Notes: generated by a model not told the origin, from the sequence alone. Shown: positions 46,509 through 56,776, counted from the stretch's first letter. The stretch is DNA of 64,000 bases from Sphingobacteriaceae bacterium (GCA_013823565.1 PNMI01000010.1:3899-67898); one strand, 5' to 3'. Program-made: numbers and translations.

Positions 46509-46588
46509 GCGCACGTGGCGTAATTGGTAGCCGCGCCAGACTTAGGATCTGGTCCGTGAGGGTGGGGGTTCGAGTCCCTTCGTGCGTA
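46509..46588 (+). tRNA. tRNA-Leu (anticodon TAG)
   Basis: Hand-folded cloverleaf. Acceptor GCGCACG/CGTGCGT (G1-U72 wobble), D-arm GCG..TAATTGGTAG..CGC, anticodon stem CCAGA/TCTGG with loop CTTAGGA, long variable arm, T-loop GGTTCGAGTCC. CCA is not encoded. Confidence 0.8.
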
Positions 46589-46626
46589 CAAAAAAGCCTT
46601 CCGCCAGCTGGCGGAAGGCTTTTTTA
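46589..46626. terminator. bidirectional terminator after tRNA-Leu and the phnA-like gene
   Basis: Perfect 26-nt palindrome AGCCTTCCGCCAGCTGGCGGAAGGCT (46595-46620), flanked by an A-run and a T-run. Confidence 0.85.
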
Positions 46627-46629
46627 TGA

Positions 46630-47187
46630 TTAATTTTTCTTAGTGTATTTACAAAGTATTACAATCGTTTGATCGTTTATCTTGCCTTCCACTTGTTCAA
46701 CGTTATCGTGAACTAATTTTATCTTTTTCACTACAGTTCCTTTTGAAGCCGTAAAGTTCGTTCCTTTAACATTTAAGGCTTGAGTTAAAACAATAGTGTC
46801 GCCATTTTCTAATATATTTCCATACGCATCTTTGTGCACGTCGGCTACTTCAAAAGCGCTTAATGCCCATTGAGTGACATTCTCATCTAAATCAACTGAG
46901 CTAATTAAATTGTTTGCCCAATCTTCTTCTTTATAGTTTTGTAAAATTCTATAGCTTAATGCCTGCACACTTGGTTCAGGACTCCAAATACTTCCTTCTA
47001 AACAACGCCAGTGAAAACTTGCATCTTTACTATCAATTGCTTCTAAACAAGTATTGCATAATGCCACTTGGTTTTCAATAGATTCATCATTTTTTGGAGA
47101 TACCGTATATTCATGGGTAGCAGGTTCGCTATTACATAATTCGCATAATTCTCCGTTTCGTTCTTTAAGTTTTTGGCTAATTGACAT
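46630..47187 (-). CDS. phnA: PhnA-family zinc-ribbon protein
   Basis: 185 aa. N-terminal CELCNS...CNTC zinc ribbon and C-terminal PhnA beta-domain (DAYGNILENGDTIVLTQALNVKG...KIKLV). Confidence 0.8.
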   Translation of the reverse strand: MSISQKLKERNGELCELCNSEPATHEYTVSPKNDESIENQVALCNTCLEAIDSKDASFHWRCLEGSIWSPEPSVQALSYRILQNYKEEDWANNLISSVDLDENVTQWALSAFEVADVHKDAYGNILENGDTIVLTQALNVKGTNFTASKGTVVKKIKLVHDNVEQVEGKINDQTIVILCKYTKKN

Positions 47188-47253
47188 AGATTGAGTTTAA
47201 AAGGTCTATAAATTTGAAAGATCAAAAGTATAAGTTTATTTTATATGGAAAGA

Positions 47254-47709
47254 TTATTTTTTCCTGATATAAATCTCGTTTTTTGCAATGGCATATAAAT
47301 CGCCAGTTTTCGAATAAATTTCTATAGAATAAGATTTTATAAAAACACCGGTTTTGTTTAATGCCTCTTCGGCTTCATTAATCATTTCGTTTGTAATTTT
47401 TATCTGATAAAACAAATCTGTTCTTCCTGGCCTTAAAAATTGTATGCTCGCACCCTTAAGCCAAACGCTGATGCTATAACCTTTATGTTTTAATAGTTGT
47501 CCAAATAACATGGCATAAAAAGGATCAGTTGCTGTATAAATTGTGCCTCCAAAAATGGCTTTTCCAAAATTAAGAGTGATTAAACTGCGATTTATTTTCA
47601 CATCAGCGCCTTTAAATCCAGCGTCAATATTTCGTATCCAAATACGTTGTAGTAGCAAAGGTGGATATAACCTCATACCCCATTTAAGTGTATTTTCGGA
47701 TACTTTCAT
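47254..47709 (-). CDS. hotdog-fold protein, DUF4442 / YiiD C-terminal-like (putative thioesterase)
   Basis: 151 aa. LKWGMRLYPPLL...FGGTIYTATDPFY...IQFLRPG pattern. Confidence 0.65.
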   Translation of the reverse strand: MKVSENTLKWGMRLYPPLLLQRIWIRNIDAGFKGADVKINRSLITLNFGKAIFGGTIYTATDPFYAMLFGQLLKHKGYSISVWLKGASIQFLRPGRTDLFYQIKITNEMINEAEEALNKTGVFIKSYSIEIYSKTGDLYAIAKNEIYIRKK

Positions 47710-48577
47710 ATTTATAGTTATTTAAAAAGTGAAGAGGTGTTTGACCACAATTTTTTTTGAAGAAACGTGAGAAATAAGAATTATCATCATAACCCAATTC
47801 AGCAGCAACTTCAGAAACAGTATGTTTGTTATGAATTAATAATCGCTTAGCTTCTATAATAATACGTTCTGCTATTAGTTCAGAAGTAGTTTTGTTTAAA
47901 CACTCTTTACAAATACGATTTAAATGTTTTTCGCTTATATTCATTAAACTGGCATATTCATTAGGGTGTTTTTTAGTTTTAAAATATACATCAATAAAAT
48001 GCTCGAACTTTCGAAGCTTTAATAGATAAGTTTCATTTTCAATTTTTGTAGCAGGTAAGTAGTGTCTTGATAATTCTATATAGACTAATGAAATTAGAGA
48101 ATGAATTTTTTCATATTTCATGAGTTCACTTGCTTGATACTCTTCTACAATTACTTTAAATGTTTTCTTTAGTTCTTCAAAAGCTTTTTTCTTAAGCAAA
48201 ACCTGTGGAGGATTGTGAATAGAATTAAAGAAAGGATAATCTAGAATGCTAGACAGTGTAAAACCTTTATCATAAAAATTTCCTGTATGAAAAAATACAT
48301 ATCCGTCAATGTCTTTCGATAAAATCCAGTGATGCATTTGACCTGGCCTCATTAAAAATACAGTTCCAGGTATTATATCATAAGTATTAAAATCTATTTC
48401 GTGCGTGCCGCTGCCTTTTGTAAACAAAACAATTAAGTAAAAATCGTGTTTGTGTGGTTCTGCTACGATATGATGGTGTTTAATATGTGGAATAAAATAG
48501 TTGGCATAAAAATCAGTATTTAAAGAGTCTTCTTTAAAGTGTTTGATATTATATATTGGGAGCAACTTTTTCACCAT
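47684..48577 (-). CDS. AraC-family transcriptional regulator (cupin N-terminal domain)
   Basis: 297 aa. C-terminal double HTH (ISEKHLNRICKECLNKTTSELIAERII...VSEVAAELGYDDNSYFSRFFKK). Confidence 0.85.
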   Translation of the reverse strand: MVKKLLPIYNIKHFKEDSLNTDFYANYFIPHIKHHHIVAEPHKHDFYLIVLFTKGSGTHEIDFNTYDIIPGTVFLMRPGQMHHWILSKDIDGYVFFHTGNFYDKGFTLSSILDYPFFNSIHNPPQVLLKKKAFEELKKTFKVIVEEYQASELMKYEKIHSLISLVYIELSRHYLPATKIENETYLLKLRKFEHFIDVYFKTKKHPNEYASLMNISEKHLNRICKECLNKTTSELIAERIIIEAKRLLIHNKHTVSEVAAELGYDDNSYFSRFFKKNCGQTPLHFLNNYKYESIRKYT

Positions 48578-48677
48578 ATAAATATACTAAAATGTCTTTA
48601 TTGTGCTATACAATGTTATTTTAATTATAGCACTATAAGTACTCTAATCAGTAATTTTGTCAATAAAATTAGTAAAC

Positions 48678-49055
48678 ATGAACAATATTAATCATTCAAA
48701 ACCAATTAAGGATAATCTAATAAAATTAATTCTTAAAGAAAAATGTCCGAATTGTGGAAAGGGAGATGTGTATCAAAAAAAGAAACATCTGTTGGAATTA
48801 CCTATCATGAATGATAGATGCAATGATTGCAATTATTATTTTGATAGAGAGCCTGGTTATTTTTTGGGTGCCATGTATATTAGTTACGGCTTAGCTGTGT
48901 TGCAAGGAATTATTACTTTTTTAATGCTTTATTTTTTCTTTCCAAATACACCTACTATTTGGGTTGTTTTAATGATACTAGCGGTTATTTTTCTTTTTTC
49001 TTTAAAAAACTACAAACTTTCTAGAATTATATATATTCATATTTTTCCTTATTAA
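48678..49055 (+). CDS. DUF983-like zinc-ribbon membrane protein
   Basis: CPNCGKG...CNDCNYYF followed by two TM helices. ATG at 48678 is preferred over the TTG at 48657. Confidence 0.65.
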   Translation: MNNINHSKPIKDNLIKLILKEKCPNCGKGDVYQKKKHLLELPIMNDRCNDCNYYFDREPGYFLGAMYISYGLAVLQGIITFLMLYFFFPNTPTIWVVLMILAVIFLFSLKNYKLSRIIYIHIFPY

Positions 49056-49132
49056 TCAGGGATTAACATATTTTTTGAATCGCATTATGGAATTTGTTGT
49101 TTGCTGGCATCTAAATTGCAAAAACAAATAGT

Positions 49133-49702
49133 ATGGAAATTTCAATTCAAAAACCTTGTCACGAAAACTGGGATGCTATGACTCCAAACGAACAAGGCGC
49201 CTTTTGTGGTAAATGCGTAAAAACAGTAGTTGATTTTAGTAATAAATCAATAGAAGAGATTAAAGAATTTTTTATTGGCAAAAAAGATGAAAAGGTTTGT
49301 GGTCGCTTTGAAAAAACACAATTAACCTCTTTAAGCTTTGATGCATTTTACAATGAGTTTAAAGGGTTTCATTTCACAAAACGATTTGCAGTTATTTTGT
49401 ATTTTACATTTGGTATGTGGTTATTTAATGCATCTTCTGGAGTTGCCCAAACTCAACAAACAACAAAAGGTGATGTACAAGTTGACCATAATGTTATGGG
49501 TGGCGTGAGAGCAAATCCAACACCTAAAGACACAACTAAAACTTGTGTAAAACCAAAACCAGGAACAAAAGTTGTTAAAGGAAAAGTAAAATACGTAAAG
49601 GCTGAGTTAAAACCAGCACCAGAAATTAAAATGGGTGAAGTGGTAGCCGAACCAGTTAAAAAAGAAGTTGTAAAACCCCAAAAGCCCAAACCAAAGAGAT
49701 AA
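49133..49702 (+). CDS. hypothetical protein with N-terminal Cys motif, TM and a Lys/Pro-rich tail
   Basis: 189 aa. CHENWDAM...GAFCGKCVKTVVDFS, one TM, K/P/V-rich C-terminus. Confidence 0.45.
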   Translation: MEISIQKPCHENWDAMTPNEQGAFCGKCVKTVVDFSNKSIEEIKEFFIGKKDEKVCGRFEKTQLTSLSFDAFYNEFKGFHFTKRFAVILYFTFGMWLFNASSGVAQTQQTTKGDVQVDHNVMGGVRANPTPKDTTKTCVKPKPGTKVVKGKVKYVKAELKPAPEIKMGEVVAEPVKKEVVKPQKPKPKR

Positions 49703-49712
49703 TCTATTAAAT

Positions 49713-49748
49713 AAAAAGCCCTATGAATGATTTCATAGGGCTTTTTTA
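49713..49748. terminator. bidirectional Rho-independent terminator
   Basis: GCCCTATGAA (49718-27) / TTCATAGGGC (49732-41), with an A-run and a T6 run. Confidence 0.8.
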
Positions 49749-49765
49749 TAAACGGATGTTTTTAA

Positions 49766-50686
49766 TTAATCCAATCGTAAGCTTGTGTTGCCAATAATTA
49801 CACCATCACAAACAACTTCAATAATATAATTACCTGCTACCAATGGATCTTTACCCTCACAGTAAGTAACCCCACTAATCTCAGCATTTGCATAATTTAA
49901 AGCTTGTTTGCCAGCAAAATATCCGCTTGATTTATCAAAAGTAAAGCGGTAATTGTCATCGTAATTTTTTGCCATTTCTTTCCCATCAGGAGTAACAATT
50001 CGTACATATACTGTTTTTTCTCCAGCTTTAGCTATTTTGTTTTCTCCTAAAGAAAAAGATACTTTAATTTTTTCGGTACGAGAAGCTTTGCTTGTTTCGC
50101 TTTCTTTTTTACCACCATTTTTAAATTTAACGCCTTTTGCTACAACATTAAAGCAAGTCAAAATAGACCCTTTTTGAATGGTTGCTTTTAAATCTTCTTT
50201 TTCTTTGTTTAAGGTTGTTGTTTTACCTTTTTCAGAATCTAATTCTTTTAATACATTATCTTTCTCTACAATCAATGTCTTATTTAATGTGCCTAATGAA
50301 TCAATAGTTCTAACATAACCTCTCATGATTTGGCGTAATGTTTCAGATTCTTTTTTTAATTTAGAAATAATGTAAGCGTCACCTTTGTGTTTTTCGGCGT
50401 CTTCTAATAATTGAGTAATCTCAGCTTTTTTTGCTTCAATCTCAGCTTGTAAAGCCTTGTCGTTCGTTTCTAAATTTTCAAAATCTTTTTGTAATTGCAA
50501 TAATTCTCCCTTCACGTTATCACGCTCAACGATTACTTGTTCTTTTACAATAATTTCATTTGCAGCTTTATTTTTTTCTTGTGTGTACATCCAAAATGTA
50601 ACACCATTGGTAATTGCCAATAAGGCAATTAAAATCCATAGAAGTCCTGATTTTTTACGATTTTCGTTCGACGTGCTTTCCTCCAT
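49766..50686 (-). CDS. membrane-anchored coiled-coil protein, function unknown
   Basis: 306 aa. N-terminal TM, ~150-aa heptad-rich region, beta-rich C-terminal domain. Confidence 0.5.
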   Translation of the reverse strand: MEESTSNENRKKSGLLWILIALLAITNGVTFWMYTQEKNKAANEIIVKEQVIVERDNVKGELLQLQKDFENLETNDKALQAEIEAKKAEITQLLEDAEKHKGDAYIISKLKKESETLRQIMRGYVRTIDSLGTLNKTLIVEKDNVLKELDSEKGKTTTLNKEKEDLKATIQKGSILTCFNVVAKGVKFKNGGKKESETSKASRTEKIKVSFSLGENKIAKAGEKTVYVRIVTPDGKEMAKNYDDNYRFTFDKSSGYFAGKQALNYANAEISGVTYCEGKDPLVAGNYIIEVVCDGVIIGNTSLRLD

Positions 50687-50778
50687 TACAAATTAATATT
50701 TCCCCCAAAATTAGTATAAAAATAGGAACCCTTAGCGAAAGTTTTTCACTAAGGGTTCTTAATTAGTTTATTTTAACG

Positions 50779-51963
50779 CTATTGAACAATTCCTAATTTT
50801 TTAGCGATAGCTGCTGGAATAGCTTTTTTGTGTAACATAATACTAGTTGTTTTATATAACACATAAGCTTCAGATGCGTAGAAATATCCATCGCACTCAT
50901 TTCTATCTTTACCCCAAGAATTTTTCACAATATAATATGGCGTTGAGTTTTGGTCTTTTACTAAACCAACAATATGCATTCCATGGTCATCTTGTGTTTC
51001 GTAATTATCAAACGCTAACTGACGATTTTCTTGAGTTACTTTAAATTGAGTATGAGGTTTTTTAACTAAGTCAGCTTTTTCTGCATCACTCATTTCCGAA
51101 AATGGCATTTCAGGAACAACAGCTAATCCTTCTTTAAATTTAAATCCTTTTTCGCTCACATCGGCTGCCCAAGCAAATGTAAATCCATTATTAATGGCGC
51201 TTTGCATCACTACCTGAAATTCGTTGAGCGGCAAATTATACATTTGATCCCAATTCCAGTTATCGGGAACTTCTAATGTAAATTTACTGTAAAATGGATG
51301 ATGAGTAAATGAAGTTAAGAAAACATAATCGTCAGGATTAATACCAGTTGCTTCAGCATAAGATTTTGGCGTATACTCTTTTCCTTTGTAGGTAAATTTC
51401 TCTGGAGCTTTACCTAAAAAGGCATCGCAAGTACTTTCTACAGCGGTGTGCATAGCTTCAAAATCAATTTTATTGTTTTTGTCATCAGCCACTGCAGATG
51501 TAATTCCTTTTATGGTAGCCTCTAAGACAGAGTGATTATGAGCTTCTTTTAGGTTTTTCTTCCCAGGATATACTTCTTCAGGAACTAAACCATATTTTTT
51601 CATCACATTCACAACATCCGAAAATCCACCACCTTCGGCCATATTAGCTCGCCCGTGCATACGAACGTAGTTATCAGCTTTTAGTGGATATGCCTTTCTA
51701 GCAATATACATTTCTGCAAAATTAAAATCTTTGCCTTTTCCCATTCTAATTAATTCGCTTTCAAAAAACGACATAGACGAAAATGACCAACATGTTCCTG
51801 TTTGTCCTTGATTTTGAACAGCGTTAGCGTCTAAGCTTTTTACAACAGTAAATTTATATTCGCTGCCTTTCATGTTTGAAAGAGGTTCCTGATAAGGCGC
51901 CTGTTGAGCTTTGCTAAATGTAAATGAGCAAATCGCTATGGTGGTGATAAATAATTTTTTCAT
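50779..51963 (-). CDS. C1-family cysteine peptidase (aminopeptidase C / bleomycin-hydrolase-like), secreted
   Basis: 394 aa. Signal peptide, QGQTGTCWSFS catalytic Cys motif, DHGMHIVG His motif, NSWG. Confidence 0.8.
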   Translation of the reverse strand: MKKLFITTIAICSFTFSKAQQAPYQEPLSNMKGSEYKFTVVKSLDANAVQNQGQTGTCWSFSSMSFFESELIRMGKGKDFNFAEMYIARKAYPLKADNYVRMHGRANMAEGGGFSDVVNVMKKYGLVPEEVYPGKKNLKEAHNHSVLEATIKGITSAVADDKNNKIDFEAMHTAVESTCDAFLGKAPEKFTYKGKEYTPKSYAEATGINPDDYVFLTSFTHHPFYSKFTLEVPDNWNWDQMYNLPLNEFQVVMQSAINNGFTFAWAADVSEKGFKFKEGLAVVPEMPFSEMSDAEKADLVKKPHTQFKVTQENRQLAFDNYETQDDHGMHIVGLVKDQNSTPYYIVKNSWGKDRNECDGYFYASEAYVLYKTTSIMLHKKAIPAAIAKKLGIVQ

Positions 51964-52050
51964 ACGTAGATTTTATTGTTTAGTTCCGTGAAATTAGAAA
52001 TTATTAAACACTGAGTCATTTAATAATTGTTGACTGGTTATAATATGAAG

Positions 52051-52431
52051 TTAATTGGCTTGTTTTATATATTTAAGAAGAAAGGAAATTTCAAAAACGG
52101 TAAATATTAAATACTGAATCATAAAATGGCATGTAAATGCAAGCGCTTGCGGTTTATTGATGAGAGAATACACAAATACAAAAATCATGCATACTAATAA
52201 ACGAGCCATGCTCATGGCTAATGTTTTAAAAACAAATTCTTTAGATTGTTTGTCGCCTTTGGTTAATAAAGCATTTACGCCTAATGTACTCAAAGCAAAG
52301 AAGATAGTTGGAATCCAAAAGTGATTGGTGCTAAAGTAACGATTAGGAATTTGACTTAAACCATATGAAAAAATTAATGCCCCAATACATACTGTAATAA
52401 ATTGTATGTAATATTTTTTTTGACTTTGCAT
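52051..52431 (-). CDS. 4-TM membrane protein following atpZ (ATP-synthase-associated, AtpI/DUF6168-like?)
   Basis: 126 aa, four hydrophobic helices. The ATG immediately follows the AtpZ stop. Confidence 0.45.
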   Translation of the reverse strand: MQSQKKYYIQFITVCIGALIFSYGLSQIPNRYFSTNHFWIPTIFFALSTLGVNALLTKGDKQSKEFVFKTLAMSMARLLVCMIFVFVYSLINKPQALAFTCHFMIQYLIFTVFEISFLLKYIKQAN

Positions 52432-52659
52432 TTACTTATTTGGTTTTATAAAATCTTTTAAAACAATATACATCGCTAAAGCAATAGACACTAAACTTAA
52501 AATGATTGTGAAAACAGGAGCTGTGTTTTTATAATACTCATCTAGTTTATATCCACCATAGCAGCCTCCACCAATAATAAGTGCCATTTGAATACCAAGA
52601 GCACTATATTTGGCATAAGCACTAAGCGGTTTGTGTGGCTGCTTCTCGTTTTTCGACAT
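52432..52659 (-). CDS. AtpZ/AtpI-family small membrane protein
   Basis: 75 aa. YAKYSALGIQMALIIGGGCYGGYKLDE plus a second TM, typical of AtpZ. Confidence 0.65.
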   Translation of the reverse strand: MSKNEKQPHKPLSAYAKYSALGIQMALIIGGGCYGGYKLDEYYKNTAPVFTIILSLVSIALAMYIVLKDFIKPNK

Positions 52660-53029
52660 TAGAAATGTTTTTTACAACAGCACCCATATTACAAGTGCCT
52701 GTAAATGTTGCATTTGGTTCAATAGATATTTTTCCAGCAATAATGTCACCTAATAATTTAGCGCTAGATTTTAAAGATAATAATTCGCTAACAGTTACTT
52801 TTCCATGAATTTCACCTGAGATATCTGCATTTTGACAAACAACATTTCCTTCTATGTTTCCAGATGGCCCTACAACCAGTTTTCCAGAAATTGAAAGATT
52901 GCCTTTTAGAGTACCATCAATTCTTACGTCTCCATTTGAGTTAATGTCACCAGTAATATGTGTTCCATTACCAATTAAATTAATGGATGAACTTTCAACA
53001 GCCGAAGATTTATTTACTTTTTGAAACAT
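52622..53029 (-). CDS. bactofilin (polymer-forming cytoskeletal protein)
   Basis: 135 aa. Repetitive beta-helix pattern (GDINSNGDVRIDGTLKGNL...GNIEGNVVCQNADISGEIHG...). Confidence 0.8.
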   Translation of the reverse strand: MFQKVNKSSAVESSSINLIGNGTHITGDINSNGDVRIDGTLKGNLSISGKLVVGPSGNIEGNVVCQNADISGEIHGKVTVSELLSLKSSAKLLGDIIAGKISIEPNATFTGTCNMGAVVKNISNVEKREAATQTA

Positions 53030-53062
53030 GATCTTTTTAATTTGATTTACGAATATAACAAA

Positions 53063-55750
53063 TTACTTCTGTAACTTGTAATGATCGTCGTAAAAGGGTT
53101 TGTAGTAGTTAGCTTGTTTTTTTCTATAAAGTCTAGGTAAATTATCTGCTGAAATTGCCATGAGTGTAAACATTTCAAGTTTAACTTTACCAGAAAATAC
53201 TGTTTTATCTTTGGTTAAATTATCAATGTATTCTAAAGCTTCTTTTGCGTTTTTAAAAGTTTTCACATTAGTTATTTGATCCGAACTTCCAAACAAACTA
53301 CTCGATATACTTAAATTGGAGTTGCTATAATAAGTATTGTTGAAGTCGGCTAAGGCCGATTTGAAACCATTAGCAATAGCTGCATCATCGGGGCAAATAG
53401 CCACAATAAGATGTGGAGCGTTTAAATCTAAACTAAATGTATCTGTTTTATTTACTGCACCCGTTGCTTCGCTAGGATTTTTTAAATTATACAATACTTC
53501 TAAAATATCCTGTGCTTGTTTTGCAACTGCATCTTTAGGATAATATACTTGTATTTGTTTTAATGCGATTTCTAATGAGTCAGCACCTTTTAATTTGCCA
53601 ATACACATCGCCTTAATAAAGGCAAATTTTGGAGCGAAATCATTTTTTCCAAATTTGGATTCTGCTTCATTGCATTTACTAAAAGCAGAAGCATAATTAT
53701 TTAAAGCATATTCATTATAAGTGTCTGTATAAAACAATTCAACTTCTCCTTTTTGAGCGTTTTTTTCAGAAATGTATTTTGGGTTTTTGATAATTTGAGC
53801 GTACTCGCTATTAGGATATTCGTTTAACAATTTGTTTTTATAGTAATCTGCTTGAGCTTTATTCTTAACAGATTCAAATATTCTATATAGTTGAAAGTAG
53901 GTAGAAACTTTATATTTGTGATTGGTGTAGCGATTATTTAATTCTTCAAAAGCAGCAATCGCTTTTTTGTTATTATTTAAATCTTCCTTGTATGTACTGC
54001 CTAAATTGTAAAAAGCATCAATAATGCGTTTATCAGATTTTTGAATTAAAGAATCAGTTAAAGGCAAGTCGGTTAAATAATAATCAACTGATTTTTTGTT
54101 GGAGGTGGATTTTGGCTTTCCATTAGTGGTTACAGCAGCTGCAGAGTCGTTGGGATTTGACTGATTATCAAAACTTAAAGCTTTCTGACTTCTTCTCCAG
54201 TTATCTTCTAGTTTTCTGTTTCCCCATTTTTTAATAAAATCGTTAAGACCAAAACTTAAAGTAGTTTGATTATAAAAATACCAATCACCTTTTGCGCCAC
54301 CACTGCTTAAATTTGGAAGTCCGTTATTTGGCACAGTGTTGTTATTTGGATTTGAGTTTTGTGCTAATAAGGCCTCTGTTTCTTCTTTCTTTCGCTCTTC
54401 ATCTTCCTCAATTTTTTTAATCATTTTTTCAATAAAACGAGTTCTATCACTTACAGTCATTTTTGCAACACGCTGCAAACTATCTTCTTTTTGAATCGTT
54501 CTGATATAACCAATAAGAGTTTCAAGAGTTTCTTTACGTTTACTGATGATATTATAGTCTTTATAATCTTTTGGCAAAGTAATCATGGTGCTATCGTAGT
54601 ATCCGCCAGCAGCAGTATAGTTTGCTTGTTCAAAATTAATTTCTCCTAATTTTAAATAGGATAATGCTTTTTGTTTTGGGTTTTGTGTACTGTTTTTCAC
54701 AGACAATTTATAGTTTACAATCGCCTGCTCTTCGTTTTTTTCTTTTTCAAAAATTTCTCCTAGCGTATAATAAATAATGTCTAAGTATTCCGTGTTTTTA
54801 ACATCACGAGTCATTTTCATTAACTCTCTTTTTAACTTAGCAATGTTTCCAGATTTGACATCATACAAGCGGGCTTGTTTCATTTTTGCATGAAACACAA
54901 ATTCGTAATTTGGTTTTAAAGAGATTACCTTTTGATAATATTGAATGGCTTTTCTATTGTCTTTTTTTTCTTCAAATAACTGCGCTAAAATAAATGAATA
55001 TCTGGCCCTTGTTTTTTTAGAAGGACGAGTTTTTACAACAGATAATAAATTAGCAAAAGCACTTTTCTTTTTTGGTTCGCCACCTTTTAAAGCAATTAAT
55101 AGAGCAGCTTCCGCTTCTTTATACATCCCTCTTTTTATATAGTAATCTGCTTGAACAGCTGGCAATTCTTTAACAGCGTATTTAGATATTTTTTTATCTT
55201 CCTTCAGCATACTAATGATAGGTTCTGCTTGAGAAGGCGCTCCAATTTCGTTATAAGAACGCGCTAACCAAATCATTGCTTTATATTTATCTCTTGATTT
55301 GTAGCTTCTAATAACATATTCAAAAGCTTCGATGCCAGAGAAAAACTCTCGTTTATAAAAATGAGAAATACCAATAACATTCCAGTTATTATCAATCCAT
55401 TTTCCAGCAGTTGTAATTTCGTATACTCTTTTTTTATCCTTTATTGTATGGCGCTGAATACAGTTTGAAGATTTTTTAATGGCTTTATCAAATTCTGGAA
55501 AAGTGGCTTTTGTGGTTTCATTAGTAGGAACTAAAAAAACGGGCAACAACCTATCATAATCATATTTATAGCTAGTTCTAATTTTTTCTTCACCTTCTTT
55601 AATGCTTTCGGTAGCATAATAGTATCCATTAAAACGAGCCGTTAAATTATGATAGCCTCTATGGATAAAAGTATTTTTGTTTGTTTTACATCCAGATAAC
55701 AGGATTAAAAAAACAAAACAACTTAGGGTATATGTATATATAGATTTCAA
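53063..55750 (-). CDS. large TPR lipoprotein, SprE/PorW-like (T9SS/gliding-associated)
   Basis: 895 aa. Lipobox LLSGC, N-terminal HRGYHNLTARFNGYYYA motif, multiple TPRs, Asn/Ser-rich linker. The SprE assignment is from memory of the family pattern, not a search. Confidence 0.5.
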   Translation of the reverse strand: MKSIYTYTLSCFVFLILLSGCKTNKNTFIHRGYHNLTARFNGYYYATESIKEGEEKIRTSYKYDYDRLLPVFLVPTNETTKATFPEFDKAIKKSSNCIQRHTIKDKKRVYEITTAGKWIDNNWNVIGISHFYKREFFSGIEAFEYVIRSYKSRDKYKAMIWLARSYNEIGAPSQAEPIISMLKEDKKISKYAVKELPAVQADYYIKRGMYKEAEAALLIALKGGEPKKKSAFANLLSVVKTRPSKKTRARYSFILAQLFEEKKDNRKAIQYYQKVISLKPNYEFVFHAKMKQARLYDVKSGNIAKLKRELMKMTRDVKNTEYLDIIYYTLGEIFEKEKNEEQAIVNYKLSVKNSTQNPKQKALSYLKLGEINFEQANYTAAGGYYDSTMITLPKDYKDYNIISKRKETLETLIGYIRTIQKEDSLQRVAKMTVSDRTRFIEKMIKKIEEDEERKKEETEALLAQNSNPNNNTVPNNGLPNLSSGGAKGDWYFYNQTTLSFGLNDFIKKWGNRKLEDNWRRSQKALSFDNQSNPNDSAAAVTTNGKPKSTSNKKSVDYYLTDLPLTDSLIQKSDKRIIDAFYNLGSTYKEDLNNNKKAIAAFEELNNRYTNHKYKVSTYFQLYRIFESVKNKAQADYYKNKLLNEYPNSEYAQIIKNPKYISEKNAQKGEVELFYTDTYNEYALNNYASAFSKCNEAESKFGKNDFAPKFAFIKAMCIGKLKGADSLEIALKQIQVYYPKDAVAKQAQDILEVLYNLKNPSEATGAVNKTDTFSLDLNAPHLIVAICPDDAAIANGFKSALADFNNTYYSNSNLSISSSLFGSSDQITNVKTFKNAKEALEYIDNLTKDKTVFSGKVKLEMFTLMAISADNLPRLYRKKQANYYKPFYDDHYKLQK

Positions 55751-55818
55751 AAAATAGCGTACAAAAATAAGGTAATAACGTCAAAATCGTAAATTTAGTA
55801 TATTTTTGTGTCGAACGT

Positions 55819-56694
55819 ATGTCTGAAACCAAAAATAGTCGTTGGAAAATTTTTACCGATCAATTACGGAATAAATACCGTTTGGTTATATTGAACGACG
55901 ATTCTTTTGCAGAAAAGTTTTCGTTACGACTTTCTCCTCTTGGATTAATCATTTTATTAGGTTCTGTTACTATTGTTATGACTACCTTGGTAATAAGTTT
56001 AGTGGCATTCACCCCTTTTAGAGAATATATTCCTGGATATGGCAATGTGGATGATAGAAAAGACATTATCATGTTAAGCTCAAAAGCAGATTCTTTAGAG
56101 CAAACCTTAATAGCAAGAGATTGGTATATTAATAATTTACTAAATGTGTTTTCGGGGAAAACAGAAGGTAGAACCACGAAACCAGCAAAAGATTCAACAG
56201 GTAAGTATGCTAATATTGATATTAAACCTAGTGAACAAGATATTAAATTACGCAATGACATAGAAACCAATCAGTTAGAGTCAACTAGTGATAAGGTTTC
56301 TGCTAATAAATTAAACGCTTTAAGTAATTTTTTCTTTTTCACCCCTCTCAAAGGAGTGATTACTACATCTTATAATATTAGAGAAGAACATTTTGGAACA
56401 GATATCGTTTCTAAGGAAAATGAATTAATTAAAGCAACCCTAGACGGAACTGTTATTTTTGCTGGATTTACTCCAGATGATGGTTATGTTACTCAAATTC
56501 AACATGGTAACAACATTACAAGTGTCTATAAACATCAATCCAACATCATTAAAAAAACAGGAGATTATGTAAAGGCTGGAGAGCCAATTGGTGTTGTTGG
56601 AAACACGGGAGAAAATAGTAACGGACCTCATTTGCATTTTGAATTATGGTATAATGGTTTTGCCATTAATCCTCAGGATTATGTTGTGTTTTAA
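55819..56694 (+). CDS. M23-family metallopeptidase
   Basis: 291 aa. N-terminal TM and C-terminal LytM domain (HFGTDI...GNTGENSNGPHLHFELW). Confidence 0.85.
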   Translation: MSETKNSRWKIFTDQLRNKYRLVILNDDSFAEKFSLRLSPLGLIILLGSVTIVMTTLVISLVAFTPFREYIPGYGNVDDRKDIIMLSSKADSLEQTLIARDWYINNLLNVFSGKTEGRTTKPAKDSTGKYANIDIKPSEQDIKLRNDIETNQLESTSDKVSANKLNALSNFFFFTPLKGVITTSYNIREEHFGTDIVSKENELIKATLDGTVIFAGFTPDDGYVTQIQHGNNITSVYKHQSNIIKKTGDYVKAGEPIGVVGNTGENSNGPHLHFELWYNGFAINPQDYVVF

Positions 56695-56776
56695 CATTAT
56701 CCAAAAAATTTCACCGAATTCTTTATATTCTTTGTCTAAAACCCAAAAAAAAGTTTCGGTTTTGTCATTTTATCCC

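Noticed and set aside
46359-47253. tRNA-Leu locus as a possible integration hotspot or genomic island boundary.
   Set aside because: I saw no integrase, transposase, phage gene or direct repeat of the tRNA 3' end in the flanks. The neighbours (kbl, phnA-like, hotdog protein, AraC) look like ordinary chromosomal genes. A proper check needs a search for a duplicated tRNA 3' segment.
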